Assembly (NCBI GenBank): GCA_009914755.4
Contig: CP068257.2
Span: 40,288,001 to 40,352,000, forward strand
Direction of reading: 5' to 3'
From: the human T2T-CHM13v2.0 reference genome, Homo sapiens
Length of the DNA: 64,000 nucleotides
Below, piece by piece: positions 18,950-34,870 of this stretch. Below the pieces are notes generated by a model. The model saw nothing but the letters and a program-made list of their open reading frames with translations. It did not search any database and was not told the DNA's origin. Within the stretch, counting starts at the first letter, position 1. Every line of letters starts with the position of its first letter. Position numbers and translations under genes: made by a program.

Positions 18950-20315
18950 CCATTGGTTCTGTTTCTCTGGAAAATCCTGACCAATATAATATACATATAT
19001 GCTATTTTGATTAAATAAACTGTACAAATTTATGGAAAAGCATGATTGAAGTTATGATCGTCTGGGTCCTATTAAATTCATGGATTCCAAAAATATACGA
19101 CTGTTTTATGAAGCCGCATACATTTTGACATTAAAAGTTGATTGTCACATTCAGAACAGTCACCTCTGATGTGAAATAAGCTACTGTGACAGAAATACTG
19201 AAAGGGACAGCGCTGGGACTCTCCTCTCACCTCCCAAGAGGCATGGCCTGGTCCCCTCCATTTGGAGAGGCTGAGTGCCCCCAGGCCTCAGGCCCCTGGG
19301 AAGCCCCCCAGACATCCACACCCCTCCTGCTCTGCTCTGCTGGCCCGGTGCCCCTTCTGCATACTGCAGGCTTCGGGAGGGTGATGGTGCTTCCTTATAC
19401 TCTTGTGACCCCCATAGCCAGGGCTTAGCAGCAAACACTGCCATCAACTGATATCTGTCCAGTGAAACAAAGTCTTCAGACTCTACCTACTGACAGCTGG
19501 TGACATCTGCAGACCAAGGACAGACATCACACAGGAATTTGTATTTTCAAACTGACTTCACCAAGAGCTAGATAATAAAGATGGACATTATAATAAAGAT
19601 GTATTTTATCATGCTACATAAAACCACTGCCAAAAAAATATATTTTTTAAACTTCAGGGACTATAAGTGCCTGTTGTACGTAATCATGATAAAAAGATCA
19701 GCGTATGACTGAGAGAACTCACCTTAAACAAAGGATTACTGATGTGTTATTTAGGCCCATGAGGTTGACCAGGGCAAATGCTCTGGTTAAGAATTTAACC
19801 AGAAAAGTGAGTAGCGCCCTAATCAGATGGAATAGGGGGGCTCCAGCATGAGGAGGGAGGCAGGTGATATGGAAAAGGGGGTCGCACAGATGAGACTAGC
19901 CTCCTTTATCGTGTGCCTCCAAAGGACACAGACCTCCAAGAGGCAGGAGCTGTTGCAGGCAGGACCAGGGCAGCAGGCCGGCCCTAGCCCAGGCTAAACC
20001 ATCTCTGTCTATCCCACCCACCTGGCTCTGCTTGCTTCTGGGGCAATGTTCTCAACACTGGCTGCTTTCCCAGGTACCTTGGTCCTGGAAAGATGAGGTC
20101 TAGGGCTCTGAATGGACAGGGAAATGTCAGGTTTTCCTTCCACTTCATGAAGCTTTGCAGCCCCATGCTCCAAACCCAAGGCTTTATCCCACATCCACCA
20201 TCATGATCTCCAGCAAGCACCCGAGCCATCTTGGCTCTACCATGGGAGGTGGAGGAACGCTGGAACGCACACAGATTCTCCAAGAGAGGTGGGCCATGGT
20301 GCCTAACGGGGTTCA

Positions 20316-20528
<213 letters not shown>

Positions 20529-21087
20529 TCACGTCTTCAGGTGACTAAAACCATGCAAAGTAGGAAGGAAGGAAATTACCTTCAGATTTTAGCTCTGTCT
20601 TTGCAAAAACTGTGGAAAGAAAGGACGCCCTGCCCTTGGAAGCAGCCTTCGGACTCAGCCCAAGTTACGAGTGCAGCACCCTCACCGTGGGAGAGAGGGC
20701 CTGATCGTCAGACATGGTGGAGCGTCAAGCAGGTACCTACGGTGTCATTAGCCTTGGCTGCATATGAGTGCTAAAATCATCCCCAGCCAATTAAACCTGC
20801 ATCTTGGGTGGGGCAGGGAAGGCTTCAGGGTTTTTTTTTTAAATGGCCAGGTGACTGCAGGTGCAGCTCAGGTGGGAGCCCTGCATCCAATCCATCAAAG
20901 CCATCCCCCAGCAGGCCCTGCCAAGCCAAAGGGCCCATCCACATCCTGAGAGGCCCAAGCCAGCCCCAGGAGGAGTGGCTGGGACAGGGAAGGAGGCCAG
21001 CAACACCAGCCATGCACTCAGTTCCCCACCGCAGACTGTCCTAACACACGTGCGTTCTCACGCCAATGGAAGAATCATAAAAACTTA

Positions 21088-21201
<114 letters not shown>

Positions 21202-21239
21202 CTATTAAAAAACAAGTTATTAGAGGGCCACTCTTTCCA

Positions 21240-21545
21240 CCAAAGCCTTAATGTGCACGTGCGTGTGCATGTGACTGTGTGAGCATGTGTGTGTGCATAT
21301 ATGCATGTGAGCATGTGTCTATGTGAGCATATATGAGTGCATGTGAGTGTGCGTGTATGCGCATGTGTGCATATGAGCATGTGTGCTCATGTGTGCATGT
21401 ATGAGCATGTGTGTGCATGTGAGTGTGAATGTGTGCATGTGCATGTGTATTTGAGCGTGTGCGGAAGTGTGCATGTGAGCACGTGTGCCTGTGTGTATGT
21501 GTGCGCATGTCTGCATCAGTGTGCATGTGTGTATGTATGTGTGTA
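21240..21545. repeat. Complex alternating purine-pyrimidine tract (CATGTGTG/CATGTGAG-like units), about 300 bp, 40 bp upstream of the exon acceptor at 21201.
   Basis: Dense gtgtgcatgtg / gagcatgtgtg iterations are visible in the sequence. Confidence 0.85.
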
Positions 21546-23994
21546 CCTGCTCATTTATTCACATATTTTCACAGAAAACTGCTTAGCTTTCCACTTGGCA
21601 TACAATGTGCTTTCAAAATGGAGAGCAGGACCCCAAACTCTCTTTACCCCCTGCCCTTCCTGCCCCTTCTCTGGCCTCAACCTACCCCTCAAAGAGGAAC
21701 CTCAGCATTGGTGGTCGACAACCAGATGCCATCAAACCTTGCAGTCTATTTAACATAAATAGTTTGCTGTGCTTTGCATTTCTCCTTCTGGGAGTATCCG
21801 CAAGGCATAAAGGAAAGAGGAGTGAGAGAAGGGCCCAGGGCGCCTCATTCTAATCCTGGGCGTGGGCTCCCCTGCCCCACACTCAAACAGCCCTGAAGAT
21901 TGTGTGCAGCACAAAGCCATCTTTACTGTCTCTTGCTGGGGCCGCCACAGCAGCCTCTAACTGGACTCCATCTCTAAGGATGCCTCATCCCACCCTGTCC
22001 ATTTGGGAGACAGAACAGCGGCCCCCAAAGATGTTCACCCCCTAATCCCTGGAACTTGTGACTGTGAGACCCTACAGGGCACAGGAGACTTGGCAGGTGC
22101 GACAGGGAGAGGACCTCAAGATGGGGAGATGACCCTGGGTCCTTCCGAAGAGCCCAGTGGAAACACCTGAGTCCTGAAGAGTGGGGGAGCACGGGAGAAG
22201 AGGGGCCAGGGCATGTGACGTGAGGACTGCAGGCATCCCTGCGGGTGTGGACGTGGAGGAAGGCACCCTGAGCCAAAAAATGGGGTGCCTCAAGGAGCCG
22301 GAAATGGCCCTCCACTGACAGCCACAAGAAAATGGAACTCAGTCCCGTAATCCCATGGAATGAAATTCTACCAACAACCCCAAAAGCAACGAACAGACTC
22401 CCCTGTGACTGCCGCTAAGGCAGGCAGCCCTGACAGCTCCTGGATTTGGGCCTGGCCGGACACCTGGCCTCCTTCACGATGGCATCACCAATCTGTGCTG
22501 TTTTAAACTGTTCAGGGTCATTTGTTTCCACAGCCATAGAAAGCTAATATTGCATCCTTTATTCTTCAGCTAGATGCTCCGTCCAAAGCAAAAATCTTAA
22601 CTTTGCAGATCTCCATTCCTTCCCCACTCCTAAACAAAAGGGAAGAACGACTTCAGACTATCTGAGTAAGTGGACTCTCACCTCATGCTAGAAGCAGGGT
22701 AAGAGAAAAACGATGACTTCTACTTCATAACTGTCTCCAACCTGCCTTCCTTGTCTGGTAATTCTAGGAAAAAAATTAGGTAATTCTAGTGGAAAAGTGC
22801 ACTTTAATTGTTTTGACACAGACAGCTCAGTCGATGGAGACCACTCTTGCATCTCTGGTTGGAGGAACATCAGAGAAGCGGGAACGCCTCCTGCCGCTAG
22901 CATCAATTATTTACCCATCTCTAGCAGCTGCCTCTGCGCTGAGAGGTAATCCACATATTGGTTCCTAACTGTGTTAACAGATCAAAGATACAATTGTGTT
23001 CCTTCTGTGTGAGCTGCTTAAAATGGCATGAATGCTTTGATATAATAAACACAATGTCAGAAATGACATTTCTTCATTTGTGTTTGTGATCCTCTCTGGT
23101 CTCATTCAGTTCCAAAACATGCATCAAATGTTGGGTAAATATGACCCAGACTTTGCAGGTTATTTTCTCATCACATTGTCCAAAACATCTGGGGGATGTA
23201 GGAGAGCATGAACGCCTCACAAATCCACGATGCCAACTCTTCACCTCTTCAATTCCCTCAAAGGGGGTGCTGCTGGAGTGGGGCTGAGGAACTAGCGGGG
23301 TGGATTTCAGAAAAAAGCCACTTAGGTAGCCAGGAAATCTTGTTAGTGCTGGCTATTTAAAACCATGCCTTTGTAGGAAAAGCATACAGGATGTCACCTT
23401 CCCTTGTGATTGGGAATTCTGCATGACTTGAGCTCATCCCCCAAATTAGGAGTCAAGTCCAAGGACACGGGACACGGGAGATGAAACAGGGCACTGAACT
23501 GGCAGTGACCCTCGAAACAAGCCCAGACATCTGCAATTTTTAAATACCAGCTAAAGAGGAACTCCAGTGAATATCTGGCCGGATGTGAGAGACGCACAGC
23601 TCTCTGATGATTTGGGCAACCAAAGTCTCACTGGGCTTATTGTAATTATTAGAGATCCGTAAGTCTCTCTCTATAAAATTATAGAGATGTGTAAAATTAT
23701 ATATATGTCTTTATTCTTATGTCTATTATGAAAACATGGAATAATGGTAATACTAATTTTTTAACTTATAAAAATAATAAGGGGGTTCTTTTTAAATCAA
23801 CTTTGTCAAAAACTGAAAAGAGGAATGCCCCACGGCAGCCACTCAGCTGTGTTTCCAAGCTGCAACCAGCGCTGGATTCGGAACCAGAACTACTTTTCTC
23901 CTCTCAGATGCCACCTGCCTTATCATATCCGTCAACAACACCCTGCCTCATTCAAATGCCCGAAAGAGGCAACCCCTGAGTTTATTATAAATGT

Positions 23995-24047
23995 ATGTGT
24001 GTGTGTGTAGTGTGTGTGTGTAATGTGTAGTGTGTGTGATCATTTCC
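23995..24047. repeat. Interrupted (TG)n microsatellite.
   Basis: tgtgtgtgtgtgtgtagtgtgtgtgtgtaatgtgtagtgtgtgtg. Confidence 0.9.
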
Positions 24048-24185
24048 TACATAGAAAATCCTATATGAAAGGTTACAGTTTGAAAATTATGACATGAATG
24101 ATAATTAATAAAAACATGAACGTTACAGCCCTCTGACTCACACCATGCTCACTCTTCACATTTCTGAGAACTGTGACGGGTCTCA

Positions 24186-25590
<1,405 letters not shown>

Positions 25591-27430
25591 TAATTCCCCA
25601 AATGTTTCCACATTCATACACAGTCAAAGCCATTAGCCAAGTTCTTTTGCTAAAAATGAGTCTTAAAGAGAAAGTAAGTTATAGATGTTAGAAGTAAAAA
25701 AAGTTTTCTTAAATTACCCAGAACACAATGGGTTGCTTCCACCTAAATAATTTCGAGGCGATCATGGTTTTCAAAAAGGTGGGAGTAATTGGAAAAACAT
25801 ACAAAGTATCAAACAATTATAAAATTATGCAGCCGTACCAAAACCAGAATTATAAAATGAGCTCGTTGAAGAAACTGTCAGACAGAGAAAGATAATAACC
25901 TCAGGAATAAACCAAACTGTGGTTTCCTGACATAAATCATAATCATACAGTATTAAGAGGGGTGCTTTTCACAGCTACCATGGCACAGAGAGAGATCTAG
26001 TTTCTGCCACAGATTCCTCTACAGAAGCTGATGTAGAATGAGAGGTCAGACCCCTCCCCGCTCCCCTCCCGGGGGCAGAGGGCCAAGCAGACACGTGTGG
26101 GATAATTACCAGGCCAGGTGCCAGGTGTGTACTGGCCAGGAGGAGGAGAGGGGAGGCCAGGGGCACAGTGGGCTGGACCACAGGGCAGGCACAAGGGGGT
26201 TCCGTAGGTGGCCAGTGTTTGGCCAAAAAGCAAAGCTACCAGGAGCTGAGGGTAAGTCAGACTGACCTCCTCATTCCCAAAAGAACCACTGACTCCACTG
26301 CAGGGAGTCACAGGACAGGAAGAGAAAATTCTTTAATTCTCTGGTGGATTTATCAGAATCTAAAATACCAAATGGAAAGATTATCAAAATAATTACTCAG
26401 TCAGGGCCTGCTATTCCCCCAAGTTCAGGGCTAGGACATTCCCCTGTACTTTCTCATCTGCTGGCTCCTGGCCGCAGCCAAGCCCTGGGTCCAGCTCTTC
26501 CCACCAGTGGCCCATCCCACTCTGGAACAAAAACGGAACCTGGGCACTAAGGCCCGGGCAGGGGTCAACATCCAATATCCACAACCAAATACCTCAATGC
26601 CACAGAGCTAGAAAAAGAAAATCCTGCCTTCTCTCAATATTGGCAGAAAGTCGTGCAACTCTTTCTACCGGTTCTTATAACGCCACGTTCAGAAGACTGA
26701 TACACATGAGTTAATTACATATTTCCATCATCTCCAGAGTTCACAAAGGGCCAGAACAAAAAAATGTTTGTATAAGAAATGTTGTCTATTCATGTTAAAA
26801 ATAAATGATCTATAAACAGTCCTTTACGGAGGAACATGCTTTGTGGCCAGATGAGTTACACGCACCAATGGCATGACACTGAGAAAATTCCCTGTCCTTG
26901 GTCTCAACAGCCCACTCCTTTTACTGCTTAAAGTAAAAAATAAAAAATAAAAATAAATTTAAAAACCCAACCCTGACTCTGAGCACTGCATAATTCCTCT
27001 GGAGCCTTCTCTACTAAGCTAATCAGCATTGTACCAAGAAAACAGACTCAGAGCCTCAACCCGAGCAAGAAAGAATTTCATTTTCTTTCGTATCCAGTTC
27101 TGCAGAAAGCTTCCCACCACGCACTCCCTGATACACAGAGAACCAAGCACTTGATTAAAAGCAAGCAAATAAATAAGTAAATAGATAAAAAGACTTTAAA
27201 ACTTCTAGAATGCGGGACTCCAAAGCTCATAAGTAATCACTGAAGCCCCATCACTAAGGTAATGTAATCTCTACATTCTACTCTAGGACAGAATGTGTGA
27301 TGTCTTTTCATAGTAACCCCCTGGCGTGTCTTCCCCAGCCCTAGGGCTTCGCTACCCTCTAAATAAAACCTACAGTGCAGACCAAGCCTTTCTTAGCCTC
27401 CCCTCAGAATTTGGCTAGAAAAGTTAATTA

Positions 27431-27705
<275 letters not shown>

Positions 27706-29404
27706 CATTCTGAACCTGCCTCAAATTTTTACATGGCCAAACAAAATACTGCTCCTGCTCCACTTGGAGGGATAAACATTAGGGCCAAGTCCTCTTCCAG
27801 CGCCAGCCCCTGCCTCTGCCACCCTAACAAATAATGCCCCATTTGCCAAATGGACGGGGACAAAATGGAGAGGAGATTTTAAAAACAAGTAATCTTCTTT
27901 TAGTGTATTAAGGTGTTATCCACAATGGGGATTAAATTCTCCCAACCCATGCCAACAGTGGCAGGGCCCCCACGGGCTGAAAGGGGTTCCTCGCATCACA
28001 GCAGAAGTCAGGATCGCCTGACACAGGTAAGCAGCTCCTCCTCTCTAGTTAGCCTTCCTAAGTGGCCAGATGTCAAGGGTTAACATCTACCTAAATACCC
28101 ACGAGTGGGTAGAGACCCTGATTTTGACCCTAGATCCTCCCTCCCACAATCAGCCATGGTCATGAGAGCCTCTTCTTAGCTTTCCAAGTGAGCTCTTCGG
28201 GGAATTCCAGTTCTATTCAATTGACAGACTGGGCCCTGAGTGTTTCCCTCTGAAACAGTCTGCTATTAATACAGGATTTTAAAAAGTTAAATAGAAGCAA
28301 TTATTTGGCATAGGCGGCAGTGACAGTGAACTCCTCAGAGGACAGGAGTGAACCCCCAGCCCCAGGGAAGAACTCCACAGAGCCCAGGTCTGCATCTGCA
28401 GGAGCGAGCTCCCTCGACAACAACCAACCATCCCCCAACCTGCATTTTTTTGACATTTTTTTTCCCCAAAACAAGCAAAGATTATTTACATAAAGCATTT
28501 GAAAATCAAGCAACAGAAGGGTGAACTTTGTATTCCAAATAAACAGCTTCCTCTCTGTATAAGTGACAGAGTGTTTTTCGGAGTGGGGGGCTATTCACGG
28601 TAAGTCAGGGTCTCCACATGGAAAGGCCAAGGGGGGACTCACGGTTGGCAGGTGAGGGTTTGGGTCGGGGAGCCCTGGGCAGCAGATGGAAGCACCACGG
28701 GGAGGGGAAAACAAGACTGAAGGCTGAAGAGCAGGCTGAGCGGGGAGGCCTTCATTCACCTTCTCGGTGCTCTCTCCAGCCTCAACACCTTGACCTCATG
28801 TAGTCACATACCTATGCAAACAGCGCTTATCTGGAAACTATTCCTTTGTTTAGACTTGGGGCCAAAAAATTCCAGGCACAGTTACTCCAGATTTTGCTAC
28901 TGTTCACCAACAAGAGAGCCCCTGAGTCTTCAGATCTCACTGTGCCCTTTCACTTTCCTTTTCAATTAAGCTTCCTGTACAGCTGCCTCGGCTCCTTCTC
29001 TTAGAACACTCTAGAGAACTGGAAATCATGTAATTACTTTTGTCTCCAAAGAAACTAGCAATGCAGCTGAGGAAATGTATACAAAAGGTTTAGATACTCG
29101 AATAATTTTCACTTTCATCACATTCTGTAACACCCAAGGAAAGAACTCCCAAATAAAAGGAAGGCAAAGACCCTTCAGTAATCATCTGGATTTCCTAGTC
29201 AGATGTCTTTCCCCACTCTGCAAGCGAGTCTCACCTCTGTAAATATCCTTTAAGACAGTATGAACTGGATATAAAATACTATTTCTACTCTGGAACTGGG
29301 ACTCAATTTAAAAAGTAAACTCCATTAGAGCTAAAGATTATCCCAACATCTACAACATTTAATCCTGTTTGCCCACTAATTCAAAATAAACGGCTAAAGA
29401 TGTA

Positions 29405-30008
<604 letters not shown>

Positions 30009-31227
30009 AAAGATGTATTTTTATAAGAAATTCTCGCAGGGGATTGAGATGAAAAGGGTTGGAAACAAGATGGTGGCCAACCCCAAGAGCTGCTGTTTAT
30101 CCTCTTTTGGGGGAAGCCTCCACCACGTGGGGCTCCTGCGTCAACCTGACTCCAACCCCGCCCCCAGCAACACTCTCCTCCCTTTTCTTGTTACATACTT
30201 TAAACAAGAAAGCCTTTCAGTAATGCTGCACTGCAAGGAGGTGTTGTTAATGCATCACACGGTTTAATGTGGCCATTCTACACAGAAAGATCTGTTTGTG
30301 AATGTGTTGTCTTTCATCAAGTTTACACTAAAAGACAAAATCAAGACAGTTCCTTTAACATGAAGAGCAGAAGGGAAGTAGGTCTTCTCCAGGCTGGCAG
30401 CTAGTGCTTCCTGACAGGGCCAGGCCACTTGGCCACACCAACCTCCTACGCCCCATGCTCTGTATTCCGACCAACCGACGAAACCTCGGGGCCACCACAG
30501 GTCTTTCACTCTGTTTCCTCCAGGCCAAAGTCGGGCTGCACCCGCAGGCTGGCTCGGCCCAGAATTCCATACACCATCATCCAGACGAACAGGTGGCCTC
30601 GTGGGAGTCGCATTCAGGGGCAGTATCTGCCCTGGATCTCAGAGGACGGGGTCTCCAATGAGGAACCTCCACCACCCGCCCTAGGAAAGACCCTCATTCA
30701 AAACAATTTCACAACCTGTTAGCATTTTAGCATAAATTCCAGGTTAATGGAATACCTGGAATTTCAAATCATGTAAAGCAAAGCAAAAAAAAAAAAAAAA
30801 AAAAAAGACAACTGAGCCGAGCTTCCTGTTTACAGTTAGCTAGAGTGACAAATGTGGACAATTTTAAATCATGGTGCCCATACCAAACAGGCAGCCCCCT
30901 GAGTTATGGACAGAGCAGGGGACCGCCCCCCACCCCCCAATCCCGCAGCTCTCAGGGCGTATTTCAGCATCAGGTAGAACACACGTGCACACAACACACC
31001 ACACACACCCAGGGCGAGTTATGGGTTTCCCCTAGAGAGGATATGGAATAAGGTTCTGGGGGAAATTCCACACGATCGTCCAGTTCCGTCTGTAGCTGTG
31101 GTTTTACAGATGCAAAGCGTGATAGTGCTGACCAGTTCTCCTTTCCCTATCTCTGTTGTCTTTTTTATAGTGAGGATGTGGTGGGGGCACGAGCTTAAGT
31201 GAAATAATAAAAGTGATAAATATCATA

Positions 31228-31345
31228 CCTGTAATCTCAGCACTTTGGGAGGCCAAGGCAAGAGGATCACTTGAGTCCATGAGTTTAAAATGAGCCTGGG
31301 CAATATAGTGAGATCCCACCTCTAAAAAATATTTAAAAAGTAAAA
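31228..31345 (+). mobile_element. FLAM/Alu monomer.
   Basis: cctgtaatctcagcactttgggaggccaaggcaagaggatcacttgagtccatgagtttaaaatgagcctgggcaatatagtgagatcccacctct. Confidence 0.75.
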
Positions 31346-31399
31346 AAAAAAAAAAGTAATAAAAATGCAAAAAGATCACACTAATGGCATGGTTTATTT

Positions 31400-31535
31400 T
31401 GTGCTGTGGTTGGAGCTAGATTCTGGAGGCCAAATGAGGTTCACTCTGGCCTCTGCTGCGTCAGAGCTCCATACCTTGGCCAAGTGACTGCACCTCTCTG
31501 CCTCAGTTTCTCCTTCTGTACAGTGGGATGATGCT
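31400..31535 (+). mobile_element. MIR SINE fragment.
   Basis: ccttggccaagtgactgcacctctctgcctcagtttctccttctgtacagtgggatgatgc. Confidence 0.6.
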
Positions 31536-32658
31536 TCTGACACAGGAGCATGGTGAGCTCTCATGAGAAGGGATACAAGCTCTATACCCAGGGCCTGGGC
31601 ACACCTGATGCCATCACATGCCACAACGTGTGCCATGCGGGGTACTGCACGGGCACAGGCCTGCCCTGCTTCCCACAGCCCTGCACGGGAGGGGCCCCTA
31701 CACAACAGACACAGACCCTGTGGCTCAGAGAAAGAAGGAAGTGCCCTAAACGAGCCCAGATCCAATCAGGGTCTCCCTGGCTTCTGAGATGGGCCTTTCC
31801 CCAGACTAGGTGGGTTATAACTTTTATTTAAAACTTTCAGTTCCAGCTGATGGTTATACCATTGGGAGCCTCCATTTACTTAGAAATGAAACTGAAAACA
31901 GACAACTAAAGCATGTCCAGGACTCCTGGCTCCACACCATGCCAGGCGACATCACTCAAGTCTCCAAAGATCACCAAGTGTCCAGCTCAGCTCCTGCCCT
32001 CATCAGCAAGTTTTCCAAATGAAAGTTACGTTGAAAGCCACAGTTACCATACTGTAACCAGAATTCAGGCAGTGGCTGCTAGCAGAGTATGATGAACAAG
32101 AGCAGGTCTGGTATAAAGACAGTGACTTTGCATTCCAAAGCTTAGCTTAGGGGAAGAACAGGCTTCTGCCTTAAGGGTACCCCTTTGCTTTTGGGGCAGA
32201 AAGCAGGCACTTTCAAAAGGGGGCTTGGCATGAATGTCATGAAAGGGAGGAAGCGAGCAGGTGAGGGTTCACCTAACTTGCTTTGGCGCCTTATCTATTG
32301 AGTGTCCAAGCTGGTGACCAGTGGTGCCTTAGTGGACAGGACTAGATTGTAACAGCCGAAACTCTTCCGGTGGGAGAGAGTTTCATCATGGGCACACTCT
32401 GGGTTATAAATCGACTGTTCTCTCTCCAGGCAACCTCCTGGTGGGTGAGGGTTTCATTCTGGAGCACCTGAGCACATGGTTAGGTAAGCTTTCCCGGTAG
32501 GCAGTTTCTGGTGAAAGGGAGGTAAGAGGCTATAATTGCATTTCTGAAGGGCTAAGTAAAAAGTGGGGAGCAGGGGGAAGTGGAGAAAGAAAAGAGAAAA
32601 AAATAATAATAAACCAACAATAACTCATACTCTTTTTCTTAGAAAATGGGGGTATTCA

Positions 32659-33080
<422 letters not shown>

Positions 33081-33642
33081 TTACTGATGTGTGGACCTCA
33101 GACCCCCAGGGAAGGGGTCATGAAAAGCTTCTGAACCCCCACGTGCCAGGGAAGGGCTGTGGCTGAACCTGCGGGGGAAGGGCTGGCTCTCAGGTGGCTT
33201 GAGATATGGAAATAGGAATTTCCTCCTTCTAGGTCAAACATTCTGGAGCAAACCTCTCCCAAGACATGAGGAAAGACAACATAGGTAGAAACTTGTTACT
33301 CTTGTGTAAGAAGGTAATTGAAGTCTAGGAGAAATAAATGCACTCGGTGCATGTTGGGACTAGAAGAGAATGCAGAGAGAGCCCCGGAGAAAAGTTTAAA
33401 GGCCATGCTCTGCTGCCTCCAAGCCAGCCCTCACTGGAGCCTGCTCACAGCAGCCGTGGGCAGGAGCGTGCTTCCACACCCGGTCTGAGCAGATACCCTG
33501 CAAGGCAGGCACCCAGGAGAATTCCCTTAGGAAAATGCCACAGCCCTGCAGGGCCTGCTGCCTGTGATAAATATGTGTTTGGTCTTTGTTCCTGATGCCT
33601 GGCACAAAGCTCTGAAAACCCTTGGAATCTCCCGAGAGATAA

Positions 33643-33960
<318 letters not shown>

Positions 33961-34044
33961 AAGTGTCTTTTATATGCTGACAAAAGGGCTGTTGGGGGGG
34001 ACCCCAGATAGCACCAGGATGGGGGCTGGTCACTTGAGAAACTT

Positions 34045-34285
34045 TGAGCCCCACCTCCAGCATCCCACTACCCCACCTCCAACATCCCACCACTCCACCT
34101 CCAACATCCCACCACCCCACCTCCAGCATCCCACCACCCCACCTCCAGCATCCCACCTCCCCACCTCCAGCATCCCACCTCCCCACCTCCAGCATCCCAC
34201 CTCCCCACCTCCAGCATCCCACCACCCCACCTCAAGCATCCCACCACCCCACCTCCAGCATCCCACCACTCCACCTCCAGGGAGG
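34045..34285. repeat. 21-bp minisatellite (unit about CCACCTCCAGCATCCCACCAC, about 11 copies).
   Basis: Direct tandem copies with minor variants (caac/cagc/caag; cacc/cact/cctc). Confidence 0.9.
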
Positions 34286-34339
34286 GCAGAGGGGCTAGAG
34301 GTCGCATTCAATCACCTATGGCCAATGATGTAATCCATC

Positions 34340-34870
34340 ATGCCTAGCGAATGAATCCTCCATAAAAACCCTGAAAGGATGGGTTTGGGGAGCTTCCAAG
34401 GTGGTGAATACATCAAGGTGCCGGGCGGGTGGCTCGTCCAGGCAGGGCATGAAGCTGCTGGAGTCCCTGCCCTCCCCCTCCGCCCGCCTAAGCATCCCTT
34501 CGATGTGGCCGATCCTGAGTCATATCCTTCACAATAAACTAGTAATAGTTAGTAAACTGTTTTCCTGAGTTCTGTGCTATGAGCCGCTCTAGTAAAATAT
34601 GTGAACCTCAGTGGGGTGGGTTGGGGAAGTCTGCCATCTACAGTCAGAAGAACGGGGGCAACCCGGAGCTTACGCCTGGTGTCTGAAGTGGGGGCCGTCT
34701 TGCGGGACCTAGCCCTGGGCCTTTGGGATCTGTGTTAAGTCTGAGTAATGTCAGAATGGAGTTGAACTGTAGGACACCCAGTTGGCACCAGAGTTGAAGA
34801 ACTGATAATCGGTGTGAGAAAAACCCCCACACATTTGGTGTCCAAAGTGTTGTGAGTAAACATAGTTGAG
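34340..34870 (+). mobile_element. LTR-like dispersed repeat, copy B; its 5' side abuts the 21-bp minisatellite.
   Basis: ...cacaataaactagtaatagttagtaaactgttttcctgagttctgtg...gagttgaactgtaggacacccagttggcacc...acacatttggtgtccaaagtgttgtgagtaa. Confidence 0.5.

Noticed and set aside
21660-21760. Minus-frame stretch ...LQGLMASGCRPPMLRFLFEG with a strong upstream polypyrimidine tract.
   Set aside because: There is no in-frame phase-0 GT donor, the frame ends in TAG, and it cannot be joined to the 21201 exon, whose upstream frame is closed by TAA TAG.
22688-22906. Minus ORF ...LAAGGVPASLMFLQPEMQEW... with loose similarity to the paralog SMP segment.
   Set aside because: The only acceptor gives phase 2 and the only donors give phase 2, which is incompatible with the flanking phase-0 exons. 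It is kept only as a note under the missing-exon finding.
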